Below are positions 29,877 to 38,605 of a stretch of DNA of 64,000 nucleotides, piece after piece. The notes under the pieces are model-generated. The model did no database searches. It saw only the letters and a list, made by a program, of their open reading frames with translations, and was not told where the DNA came from. The DNA is taken from positions 1 to 64,000 of the forward strand of contig JAFWDK010000001.1 in assembly GCA_017513085.1 (NCBI GenBank). Direction: 5' to 3'. Position 1 is the first letter of the stretch. Each line of letters starts with the position of its first letter. A program made the translations under genes and the position numbers. This DNA is from Clostridiales bacterium. Lineage in GTDB: Bacteria > Bacillota > Clostridia > Saccharofermentanales > Saccharofermentanaceae.

Positions 29877-30794
29877 ATGTTAAGTATTATTGTGCCCTGT
29901 TATAACGAAGAAGCAACTGTTGCTCTGTATTACGAGGAACTGAAGAAATATCTTCCTGAATTGGGAGAATATGAACTGCTGTTCGTTAATGACGGCTCCA
30001 AAGACGAGACTCTCAAAAAGTGTCTTGAAATCAAAGCGCAGGACAGTAATTGCAGGATTATTGATTTTTCGCGTAATTTCGGCAAAGAAGCCGCTATGCT
30101 GGCAGGTATGAGCGTTGCAAAAGGCGATTATGTTGTGATCACCGATGCTGACCTGCAGGATCCTCCAAAATTGCTGCCGGAAATGCTGAAGATCCTGAAA
30201 GCGGATGAACATCTTGACTCAGTTGCCACATACAGAGTCAACCGCAAAGGCGAACCTGTGATCAGATCCTTCTTTGCCCGTTGTTTCTATAAGCTGATCA
30301 ATAAAATGATCGATATCAACATCGTTGACGGTGCTCGTGACTATCGTATGATGACTTCCAGGATGGTCAAGGCAGTCTTGTCGTTAAGCGAAGTTAACCG
30401 TTTTTCAAAAGGCATTTTCGCATGGGTCGGCTTCGAAACGAAGTATCTTGAATACGAAAACGTTGAAAGAGCTGCCGGAGAAACGAAATGGTCCTTCTGG
30501 AAATTGTTCAGATACGCTCTTGACGGTATTGTCGGTTTCACGACGATACCATTAAGACTTGCGACCATTGCCGGATTATTGGTCTCGGCTTTCGGATTTA
30601 TTTATATGATCTATATCGTTATCAAAGCACTGGCGTTTGGTGATCCGGTAGCAGGGTTTCCGAGCCTGATCGTGATCATTACCCTGCTTGGCGGAATTCA
30701 GCTGATTGTGCTTGGCATCCTGGGTGAGTATTTGGCAAAAACATACATGGAAACAAAGCGTCGCCCGGTTTATATTATCAGAGATATCTTATAG
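29877..30794 (+). CDS. GtrB/CsbB-like GT2 bactoprenol glycosyltransferase
   Basis: SIIVPCYNEE, FSRNFGKEAAM, DADLQDPP, two C-terminal TM helices, GEYLAK..RP.Y; start placed at ATG 29877. Confidence 0.92.
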   Translation: MLSIIVPCYNEEATVALYYEELKKYLPELGEYELLFVNDGSKDETLKKCLEIKAQDSNCRIIDFSRNFGKEAAMLAGMSVAKGDYVVITDADLQDPPKLLPEMLKILKADEHLDSVATYRVNRKGEPVIRSFFARCFYKLINKMIDINIVDGARDYRMMTSRMVKAVLSLSEVNRFSKGIFAWVGFETKYLEYENVERAAGETKWSFWKLFRYALDGIVGFTTIPLRLATIAGLLVSAFGFIYMIYIVIKALAFGDPVAGFPSLIVIITLLGGIQLIVLGILGEYLAKTYMETKRRPVYIIRDIL

Positions 30795-30817
30795 AGTGAG
30801 CTCGTCGCTCTATTTTT
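30791..30817 (+). terminator. Intrinsic terminator
   Basis: ATAGAGTGA-gctcg-TCGCTCTAT followed by TTTT. Confidence 0.6.
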
Positions 30818-30876
30818 GAAAGGTGGACAAACTACAGATTAAATTGTAGTATTGATTAGTTGGAAAGGAAGGTAAT

Positions 30877-31569
30877 ATGGGAGATTTGTTTAACAAATTA
30901 TTTAAGGATAAAAAGAAACGCTACCTCAACCTTTTGATAGTGTTACTGCCGTTTTTGCTCCTGACAGGTTTCTTTGGCTATAAGACTGTTGATTCTGTCA
31001 GAAATCTGGTTCCGTCCGGAAACTCATCCGGTGCTAAGAAAGCGACTATTGATATTGATGAATACGATTATCATTTAAGGCATAATGCCACCGCTCTGCA
31101 GAAGGAGCTGTTCGAAGAACTCGATTCGCTTCTGAGACAGGATCCGGTCGATGAACAGGCAGTTGCGGAATCTGTCGCCAAAAACTATGTCGCAGATTTT
31201 TATACTTGGACCAATAAGTCCGGTCAGTATGATGTCGGCGGTATGTATTATGTATTCGCGGACTCAAGAGTAAACTTTTATTTTCAGGCCAGAGACCAGT
31301 TCTACCATTATCTCTCCACTTACATCAAAGAGTATGGTGCCGAGAATCTGATCGAGGTCACGGCTGTTAATGTTGAGGAATCGGGCCAAGCCGATCAGTT
31401 TACCGATGTCTTCGGGAGATCATACCCTGCCTGGTTTGTCAGAGTCAGTTTAACTTTTGGGGATCACCCGAACTTCCCATTCAGTGCCTTTGAACGATAT
31501 ATTAACATTCTAGTTGTTAAACGTGACAATGGACGTTTTGAAATAGCTCAGGCTTACGGAGATGAATGA
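30877..31569 (+). CDS. Membrane-anchored hypothetical protein
   Basis: GGAAGG RBS; single N-terminal TM; overlaps the start of the LCP gene. Confidence 0.75.
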   Translation: MGDLFNKLFKDKKKRYLNLLIVLLPFLLLTGFFGYKTVDSVRNLVPSGNSSGAKKATIDIDEYDYHLRHNATALQKELFEELDSLLRQDPVDEQAVAESVAKNYVADFYTWTNKSGQYDVGGMYYVFADSRVNFYFQARDQFYHYLSTYIKEYGAENLIEVTAVNVEESGQADQFTDVFGRSYPAWFVRVSLTFGDHPNFPFSAFERYINILVVKRDNGRFEIAQAYGDE

Positions 31570-34142
31570 TGAACAAGCGTGAAATAATCCAGAAGAACGA
31601 GCTCAATCCAGCTCCCAAGCATAGTAAGAAAGAGAATAAATGGTTATTGCCTGTAGCAGCAACCCTGACTCTTCTTTCTCATATCGGACTGATAGTCATG
31701 ATCCTTTGGTCATACCGCTATTTTGGCTTAAGCAAATCTACCTTTATTGGCATTATTTGCGCCTTGGTATGTCTTGTGATCATTATGGATATTATCTTCC
31801 TGGTGGCATTCCGGTATCGAGATAAACTGCTGAAAACCATTAATATCATCATGGCAGTCCTGCTGCTTGCCGGGACAGGCACCTCTGCGTATTATCTCAA
31901 CACCATCAATAAAGTCGTTGACGATGTCACGGAAAACAGCGGAACTGAGCAGTATGAGACTATTACAGTTGTTTTCGCAACACACGAAGATAACAAGGAT
32001 ATCAAGGAAACAGCTGACCTGAAAGGAAAGAAAGTCGGTGTTATCAAGTCTTTCTCTCCTGATAGAATCACAGCTTCCACTTTAGGAAAAGACGAGCTTT
32101 CCAGACAGGGAGTAGAACCGGTTTATGTTGAATACCAGAGCACGAACGATCTTTTCCTGGCTTTGGCGGGTAAGGAAGTTGATGCCGCGATCTTCCAGCA
32201 GGGCTATCGTACCCAGTTCAATAATGAAGACGGATATGAAGAATATGTCGAGAAGATCGTTGATATCGGTTCATACGAAGAAAAAGTTCAGGTCGCTGAT
32301 AACAAATCCGCGACTCTTGACCTTTCGTCCAACCCCTTTAACATCCTGCTGATCGGTCTTGCGCCGGAAGCCGGCGGAGGCGGATTACCGGATGCCATTA
32401 TCCTCGCATCGGTCAACCCGCAGACGATGACCGTATCGATGGTTTCGATCGCCCGTGACTCTTACATCGATATCCCCTGTTACGGCGGTGCAAAGAATAA
32501 GATCAATGACACCGGTGCTGACCGTGCGTGTCTGATGGAATCGGTTTCCAACCTGCTGGATAAAGATATTGACCTTTATATGGAAGTCAACTTCAAAGGT
32601 CTTGTAGATATCATTGATGCATTAGGCGGCATCTGGATCGACTCACCGGTAGAATTCGTCGGTCAGAACTCTTCGACTGAACGCGGTAACTACACAAACA
32701 AGATCTATGCCGGCGGACAGTGGGTCGACGGTGAACACGCTCTGACTTTCGCCAGAGAAAGAAAGAGAATGCCGAATGGCGACTTCGACCGTCAGAAGCA
32801 TCAAAAAGAAGTCATTATCGAGATCGTCAAGGGTCTGCTGAACCTGAGAGATGTCAATAAGGCCGTCAATATCATGAAGATTGCCGGAGATAATTTCTCG
32901 ACAAACCTCTCTCTGAAGCAGATGACGGATGTCTTCAATTATCTTCTTAACGCAACCAACTATAACGGCATACCGAGTTTCGATATGATCGATATCCAGC
33001 AGTTGAGAATTACCGGTTATCCATCCTGGTTCTATAGTTATTCAATGCGTCTGCCGTTATGGATCTATCGCTTGTATAATGGCTCTATCGCAGAAACGCA
33101 GGAACGTATCGAAGATGTTCTCGGAGAATACAATGTTGATACGATCCAGCAGCCGTACTTATTCAAGTTCTTCGCTGACAGAAACTATGTCAGAGCACCG
33201 TTATACCACGAAACTTTCAACGAGGCTCAGATCCACGAAGAGATGCCTGCTTTCGTTACGAAGCTTACAGATATGACATATGCTGACGCAATGGCATGGG
33301 CTTCTGCTAACGGAGTTACTCTTAACGTAACATTCATTGCGCCGGATAGTCCGGAATACGTAGCTTCCGATGACGGATGGGTCATGTCCCAGAGCGTCAG
33401 ATATGGTGCTTTAGTATCTGAAAACCCTGTAATCTCGATCACGGTCATGGGTTCTCCGATGTCCGAAGAAGACAAGGTTCCGAATTTTGTGGGCGGAAGA
33501 GTATCGGATGCTCAGTCCTGGTGTGATGCTAACGGAATCGCTCTGAATATCACTTGGTCGGAAACCAATGATTACACATTATCCAATACGGTCATCTCTC
33601 AGAGTGTTAATGCCGGTTCGGATAAGCGTAACGTTACCTCGATGGATATTCAGGCATACCAAGGCCCAGTCGCTGTTCAGGACCTTATTGCCGGAAAGAG
33701 CTACAACAATGCCATCGCGACTCTTGAAAGCTCTGGCTACAAAGTTGTATACACTCCGGATCCGGAAGGAGGAGTACAGGGCTATGACTGGTCGCCGGTC
33801 GCTGTCAATCCGGGTGATCAGATCACGCTTACAATAAAGAGCTGCAGAGAAGGGTATACGTTAAACAATGGCGTATGTGAACTGACTTCAGTACCGACTA
33901 CTTCGCCTGAAACAACTGAATCACCTTCGCCAGAACCCGAACCTACAAAGACTTGCCCGGATGGAAGTGTAATCCCTGAAAGCCAGGAATGCAAAATAGA
34001 ACCTCCATCAACTGAATCACCTTCGCCAGAACAACCGAGTACCCCGCCTGAAGGTGGTGGCGACTCCGGTGGTGGCGACTCCGGTGGTGGCGACTCCGGT
34101 GGTGGCGACTCCGGTGGTGGCGACTCCGGCGGCGGAGCATAA
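31566..34142 (+). CDS. LCP (LytR-CpsA-Psr) glycopolymer ligase with solute-binding-like domain, PASTA-like repeats and low-complexity tail
   Basis: Three TM helices, FNILLIG, PDAIILAS, SIARDSY, VNFKG..IIDALGGI, FARER, DFDRQKHQ; VPNFVG..VISQS PASTA-like repeats. Confidence 0.92.
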   Translation: MMNKREIIQKNELNPAPKHSKKENKWLLPVAATLTLLSHIGLIVMILWSYRYFGLSKSTFIGIICALVCLVIIMDIIFLVAFRYRDKLLKTINIIMAVLLLAGTGTSAYYLNTINKVVDDVTENSGTEQYETITVVFATHEDNKDIKETADLKGKKVGVIKSFSPDRITASTLGKDELSRQGVEPVYVEYQSTNDLFLALAGKEVDAAIFQQGYRTQFNNEDGYEEYVEKIVDIGSYEEKVQVADNKSATLDLSSNPFNILLIGLAPEAGGGGLPDAIILASVNPQTMTVSMVSIARDSYIDIPCYGGAKNKINDTGADRACLMESVSNLLDKDIDLYMEVNFKGLVDIIDALGGIWIDSPVEFVGQNSSTERGNYTNKIYAGGQWVDGEHALTFARERKRMPNGDFDRQKHQKEVIIEIVKGLLNLRDVNKAVNIMKIAGDNFSTNLSLKQMTDVFNYLLNATNYNGIPSFDMIDIQQLRITGYPSWFYSYSMRLPLWIYRLYNGSIAETQERIEDVLGEYNVDTIQQPYLFKFFADRNYVRAPLYHETFNEAQIHEEMPAFVTKLTDMTYADAMAWASANGVTLNVTFIAPDSPEYVASDDGWVMSQSVRYGALVSENPVISITVMGSPMSEEDKVPNFVGGRVSDAQSWCDANGIALNITWSETNDYTLSNTVISQSVNAGSDKRNVTSMDIQAYQGPVAVQDLIAGKSYNNAIATLESSGYKVVYTPDPEGGVQGYDWSPVAVNPGDQITLTIKSCREGYTLNNGVCELTSVPTTSPETTESPSPEPEPTKTCPDGSVIPESQECKIEPPSTESPSPEQPSTPPEGGGDSGGGDSGGGDSGGGDSGGGDSGGGA
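34053..34127 (+). repeat. Perfect tandem repeat (GGTGGTGGCGACTCC)x5 encoding (GGGDS)5
   Basis: Read directly from the sequence. Confidence 0.97.
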
Positions 34143-34152
34143 CATCGATTTT

Positions 34153-34180
34153 GAGCAGAACTATGAAGTTCTGCTCTTTT
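34153..34180 (+). terminator. Intrinsic terminator after the LCP gene
   Basis: GAGCAGAACT-atga-AGTTCTGCTC-TTTT. Confidence 0.85.
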
Positions 34181-34318
34181 CTTCAAAAGAGCAATCTAGA
34201 TCCCCGGATTGCTTTTTATGTGATTTTATTGTGCAATTTAAAACATCAATTTCGACAGCTTGTAAAATCTTTTGGGAAATCTAAAAACGTTATCAGTATT
34301 TGCAAGTATAATAGTATT

Positions 34319-35161
34319 ATGGTACCACAATTTGGCTTGGCAGAGATTCATAAAGTCGAGCTTATGATTTTGAAAGACATAGATAATTTGTGTCAAAAAC
34401 ACAAATTGAACTATTGCTTATATTGCGGCACTTTATTGGGCAGTATCCGTCACAAAGGCTTTATTCCGTGGGACGATGACGCAGATATCATGATGCCTTT
34501 ACGGGATTGTCGACGATTTTTAAGCATTGCTAAAACAGAATTAAAGGGCAGGTATTTTATTTCCGAAATTCGCAGCGATGCCAACGCTATGGTCCCCTGG
34601 ACGCAAATTCGCCGCGAAGGAACGGAATATTACCCGGAAGAGCATAGAAACATAGAATACCATAAAGGCATTTCTTTGGATATTTATCCGCTGATCGGTG
34701 CGTATGAAGGCATCTTCGGTAAGCTGCAGGTCTCTGCGATCGACGTTCAAAGGGCTTTGACAAGCCGGAATATGCGAAGAGCCGAAAACTATAAGACTAT
34801 TCATCGTTTTGTTGCGGCACGAAAGATAATGGACTGTATGCCGAGATGGTTTTTATTAATGGCTAACAGTTTGATTGAAGCTTTATTCTGGCCGGATCCG
34901 GACAAACATGTATCCTGTGGTACGGTCGATGCTGCCAAGTTCTCAGGGAAATATCTGGTCAGGGACTGGAAGGAAAAAACAGATGGCGAATTTGAAGGCA
35001 GCAAATTCCCGATACCAAAAGAGTATGATCTGTTTTTAAGAACGATGTATGGAGATTACTGGAAACTGCCTCCTGAAGAAAAAAGGGTAAGCCACCACGC
35101 TGATAGCGTGGTCGTAACGATCAGTGATACGATTGCGGAAGAAATAGGGATAAAACCATGA
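34319..35161 (+). CDS. LicD-family phosphotransferase
   Basis: GTLLGSIRHKGFIPWDDDAD, LDIYPL, MYGDYWKLPP; start placed at ATG 34319 because the longer ORF runs through the terminator. Confidence 0.92.
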   Translation: MVPQFGLAEIHKVELMILKDIDNLCQKHKLNYCLYCGTLLGSIRHKGFIPWDDDADIMMPLRDCRRFLSIAKTELKGRYFISEIRSDANAMVPWTQIRREGTEYYPEEHRNIEYHKGISLDIYPLIGAYEGIFGKLQVSAIDVQRALTSRNMRRAENYKTIHRFVAARKIMDCMPRWFLLMANSLIEALFWPDPDKHVSCGTVDAAKFSGKYLVRDWKEKTDGEFEGSKFPIPKEYDLFLRTMYGDYWKLPPEEKRVSHHADSVVVTISDTIAEEIGIKP

Positions 35162-36510
35162 AAACAGTAATAACATACGGTGTTTTTGATCTTTATCATG
35201 AGGGACATGAAAACCTCTTAAGACGCGCGAAAGCATTGGGAGATCGTCTGATCGTCGGAGTGACGTCGAACGAATTCACAAAACAGCGAGGAAAGCTTCT
35301 GCTTGCAGACAGTTTGGATATTCGTATGGCGAATGTTCGAAACTGTCCGTATGTTGATGAGGTTATTCTGGAAGATCATTACGGGCAGAAGGCTGAGGAT
35401 ATACAAAAGTATCGTGCCGATGTGTTTGTAGTTGGAGATGACTGGAAAGGTAAATTCGACTATCTCCGCAAATGGTGCGAAGTGGTCTATCTTCCCCGCA
35501 CCCCCGGTATTTCTTCATCTTCTCTGCGTACTGCTCCCTATCCGAAAATCTCTTTCGGAGTCGTAGGAAGCGGCCGGATCGTCAGACGTTTTCTTGAGGA
35601 AATAAAGACTGTGCATGGTGGTGTGCATGCGGAGCAAATCTATAATCCGCATCGTGAAAGCGCGGAGAGAGCCGCGGCTGAACATCCGGATCTGTCTGTC
35701 TGTGACAGCTATCCGAATATGCTGAAACTGTGTGACGCTGTATATATTGCCTCTCCTCACGAGACGCATTATGCGTACGCAAAAGAAGCGCTGCAGGAAG
35801 GGAAACACGTTCTCTGTGAAAAACCTCTGGCCTTGAAAGAAGCTGAAGCCAAAGAACTTTTTGCGATCGCGGAAGAAAAATCGCTGGTTCTGATGGAGGC
35901 AGTCAAGACTGCCTATTGTCCGGGCTTTACCAGATTGCTCTCGATCATTGAAACCGGCTTTATCGGCGAAGTCAGGGACGTCGAGTGTTCTTTTACAAAG
36001 CTCACCGCTCCGGACGTCCGCGAGCGAACAGACACCGAATACGGCGGCGCCTTTACCGAACTCGCTTCCTATACCTTACTGCCGGTGCTCAAACTTCTCG
36101 GCTGCAAGGATCTGCAGGTTCGTTTTGATAGTCAGTTTGATGAAAATGGGATCGATCTGTATACAAAAGCATATATTTCAAATGGGAAAGCTTTATCCTG
36201 CGGAAAAACAGGCCTTGGCGTCAAAACCGAAGGGAGTATGATCGTAGCCGGTACAGATGGCTATATCCGCGTAGAAGCACCTTGGTGGAAAACATCCAGA
36301 TTTTCGATCCATCATGAAGACCCGCAGGATATTCAGGACTTCAAAGTTTACTTCGCAGGAGAAGGCCTTCGTTACGAAATAGCCGAGTTTGTTGACCGCA
36401 TTCAGGGCTGGCATACATCGGATTATCATTTAACAAAAGAGGAATCGATCACAATGGCGAGGATCTTTGAACAATATCTGGAATATCGGAAAGGACTGAG
36501 GGAAGAATGA
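35158..36510 (+). CDS. Fusion of TagD-type cytidylyltransferase and Gfo/Idh/MocA oxidoreductase
   Basis: YGVFDLYHEGH, GDDWKGKFD, RTPGISSS; then GSGRI, IASPHETH, HVLCEKP. Confidence 0.9.
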   Translation: MKTVITYGVFDLYHEGHENLLRRAKALGDRLIVGVTSNEFTKQRGKLLLADSLDIRMANVRNCPYVDEVILEDHYGQKAEDIQKYRADVFVVGDDWKGKFDYLRKWCEVVYLPRTPGISSSSLRTAPYPKISFGVVGSGRIVRRFLEEIKTVHGGVHAEQIYNPHRESAERAAAEHPDLSVCDSYPNMLKLCDAVYIASPHETHYAYAKEALQEGKHVLCEKPLALKEAEAKELFAIAEEKSLVLMEAVKTAYCPGFTRLLSIIETGFIGEVRDVECSFTKLTAPDVRERTDTEYGGAFTELASYTLLPVLKLLGCKDLQVRFDSQFDENGIDLYTKAYISNGKALSCGKTGLGVKTEGSMIVAGTDGYIRVEAPWWKTSRFSIHHEDPQDIQDFKVYFAGEGLRYEIAEFVDRIQGWHTSDYHLTKEESITMARIFEQYLEYRKGLREE

Positions 36511-37790
36511 AAAACGGAACGAGAGATTTCGTTTCGGCTCTTTCGCAGACGGTTTTGAAGGGGAAACGGGTCGATGAAAAAACCGGATATCTCGTAAATG
36601 AAGATAACTGTTCGGTCAATTTCGAACCTGTTTTCGTATCAAAAGGAGAGACGGTAGTATCTCAAATCCCGTTCCGTCTTTATTTCTATCACCCCGAGAT
36701 CCAGACAGACCTTATTCATACATATGCCTATGATCCCGACAGTAATTACACGACGTATGATCCGGAGCTCTCTGTATTTACAGAGATCCGCGAGAAAACG
36801 ATAGAGCAGGACGGTTATATCCGGCTTGTCTTTGAATGTAAGGAAGAAAAAGCCTTAACAGAATTGGTTCAGTTTCCGGACAGGAAAGAACATACACTGG
36901 TTCAAAAACCATACTTTGCAGAAGAGCAAAAGAGAATGGCAGAGAGACTGAGCACGCTGAGAGAAGATGAGGATACCTGCCTGCTTCTTCTGGCGGATAC
37001 GCACTATGGGTACGGAAGCGTATTTCCGGAGTCTGCCGAGAATCTCAAAAAGCTCAGCCAGGAGATCCATCCGGAGGCTCTGATCCATCTTGGCGATCTG
37101 ACGGATGGCGCACAGTCCACAAAGATCAGTATCGAAATGACAAAACGGGTATTACACGGATTGCAGGACTGCGGAGTTCCGGTCGAACTGTGTATCGGCA
37201 ATCACGACGGAAACTACTTCCGCGGAAATAAGGATGTCTTCAGCAAGAAGCGGCGCGAAGATCTTTATTTGAACGGAAGAAGCGAAGACCGGAGAGTGGA
37301 TATACCGGGTAAAGACCTGTCTCTGCTGTTTCTGTCAACTTTTGATCCGACGAGAAAGGAACGCTATGGTTTTTCCACACAGACGATCTGGAATTGTCTG
37401 TGGCTTTTAAAGGGAAAACCAAGAAAGAATAAACTGCTGGTCTTTTCACATGTTCCGCCGGTCGGAGAGATGCACTACTGGGATCCGCATATTCACAACA
37501 GCAAATGGATGATGAAACTTCTGAACCGCCATCAGAGACGGTATCACGATATACTTGCGTACATTCACGGTCATAACCATGCCGACAGCATTTACCGCAA
37601 GCAATCATTCCCGATCATCGGGATCGCCTCCAATAAGCCGGAGGATTTCCTTGACCGCAAGCCCGGAGGAACGACAACACCGCCGCGGAAACAGGGGGAT
37701 GTCACACAGGAGTGTTTTGATGTGCTCCTGGTAAAGAAGGAGAAAGTGTATTTCCTTCGTTACGGAGCAGGAGAGGACCGGGCAGTATGA
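36507..37790 (+). CDS. Calcineurin-like metallophosphoesterase with N-terminal extension
   Basis: ADTH, HLGDL, IGNHD, FSH, HGHNH motifs. Confidence 0.88.
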   Translation: MKNGTRDFVSALSQTVLKGKRVDEKTGYLVNEDNCSVNFEPVFVSKGETVVSQIPFRLYFYHPEIQTDLIHTYAYDPDSNYTTYDPELSVFTEIREKTIEQDGYIRLVFECKEEKALTELVQFPDRKEHTLVQKPYFAEEQKRMAERLSTLREDEDTCLLLLADTHYGYGSVFPESAENLKKLSQEIHPEALIHLGDLTDGAQSTKISIEMTKRVLHGLQDCGVPVELCIGNHDGNYFRGNKDVFSKKRREDLYLNGRSEDRRVDIPGKDLSLLFLSTFDPTRKERYGFSTQTIWNCLWLLKGKPRKNKLLVFSHVPPVGEMHYWDPHIHNSKWMMKLLNRHQRRYHDILAYIHGHNHADSIYRKQSFPIIGIASNKPEDFLDRKPGGTTTPPRKQGDVTQECFDVLLVKKEKVYFLRYGAGEDRAV

Positions 37791-38605
37791 TCCATTATGA
37801 TCAGGAAACTCTCCGCAGGATCCAGCTCGTTCAGCTCGGGCTTCTTCAGGAAGCGGACCGGATCTGCCGCAAACATGATATTCCCTATGTGATCATTGCC
37901 GGCACGCTTTTAGGAGCGGTCCGCCATAAGGGCTTTATTCCCTGGGATGATGATGCGGATATCGCTTTGCTGCGGGAAGATTACGACCGATTCGCAGAAG
38001 CTTGTGCGGAAGATCTTGACACAGAGAATTTCTATTTTCAGGATCACCGGGTCACGCCCGGTTACCGTTGGGGATACGGAAAGCTGCGTCGGAAAGACAG
38101 CCTTTTTCTCCGCGAGCATCAGGAGCATATGCCTTATGAACAGGGAGTATTTATCGATGTTTTTCCGCTGGACGCTGTCCCGCAGAGCCGCATTGGAAGA
38201 ACGCTCAAAAACTTCGAATGTTTTTTGATCCGCAAAACACTGTATGCTCCGGTAGGACGGGTTGCGGACAGAAGTGTTTTTAAAAGGAGACTGTATGACC
38301 TGCTGTCAAAGATCCCGGAACAAAGAGTCTTCGGACATCTGGAAAAAATGATCAAAAAAGCCGGAAATACCCAGTCTGAATGGGTCCGCATTTTAATGTT
38401 CCCGACACCGAATAAGGAATACGGATATCTGCGCCGCTGGTATCTTGAAAGAGAAAAGATCCTTTTTGAAGGGGTCCCGTTTTACGGCATCAAAGATACA
38501 GACGGATATCTGACATTTAAATTCGGTGATTATATGACTCTTCCGCCGGAAAGTGGAAGAAAGACACATCCAGTTTCACAGCTGAAACTGCCGGAGAAGA
38601 TATGA
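37787..38605 (+). CDS. LicD-family phosphotransferase
   Basis: GTLLGAVRHKGFIPWDDDAD, IDVFPLD, FGDYMTLPP. Confidence 0.93.
   Translation: MIHYDQETLRRIQLVQLGLLQEADRICRKHDIPYVIIAGTLLGAVRHKGFIPWDDDADIALLREDYDRFAEACAEDLDTENFYFQDHRVTPGYRWGYGKLRRKDSLFLREHQEHMPYEQGVFIDVFPLDAVPQSRIGRTLKNFECFLIRKTLYAPVGRVADRSVFKRRLYDLLSKIPEQRVFGHLEKMIKKAGNTQSEWVRILMFPTPNKEYGYLRRWYLEREKILFEGVPFYGIKDTDGYLTFKFGDYMTLPPESGRKTHPVSQLKLPEKI

Noticed and set aside
34053-34127. Possible CRISPR array
   Set aside because: Contiguous 15-bp units with no spacers, inside a coding sequence, and no cas genes; the 49701-49770 repeat also lacks spacers
34054-34284. ORFs with VVATP or RSRHH repeats and the minus-strand PPPES ORF
   Set aside because: Alternative-frame shadows of the 15-bp GGGDS repeat in the LCP gene
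34151-34318. N-terminal extension of the first LicD ORF
   Set aside because: Runs through the LCP terminator and an AT-rich promoter region; LicD-like sequence begins near 34319
34319-38605. Classical phosphorylcholine lic operon
   Set aside because: No LicA kinase, LicB transporter or LicC-type cytidylyltransferase in the window; the cytidylyltransferases are HxGH TagD-type
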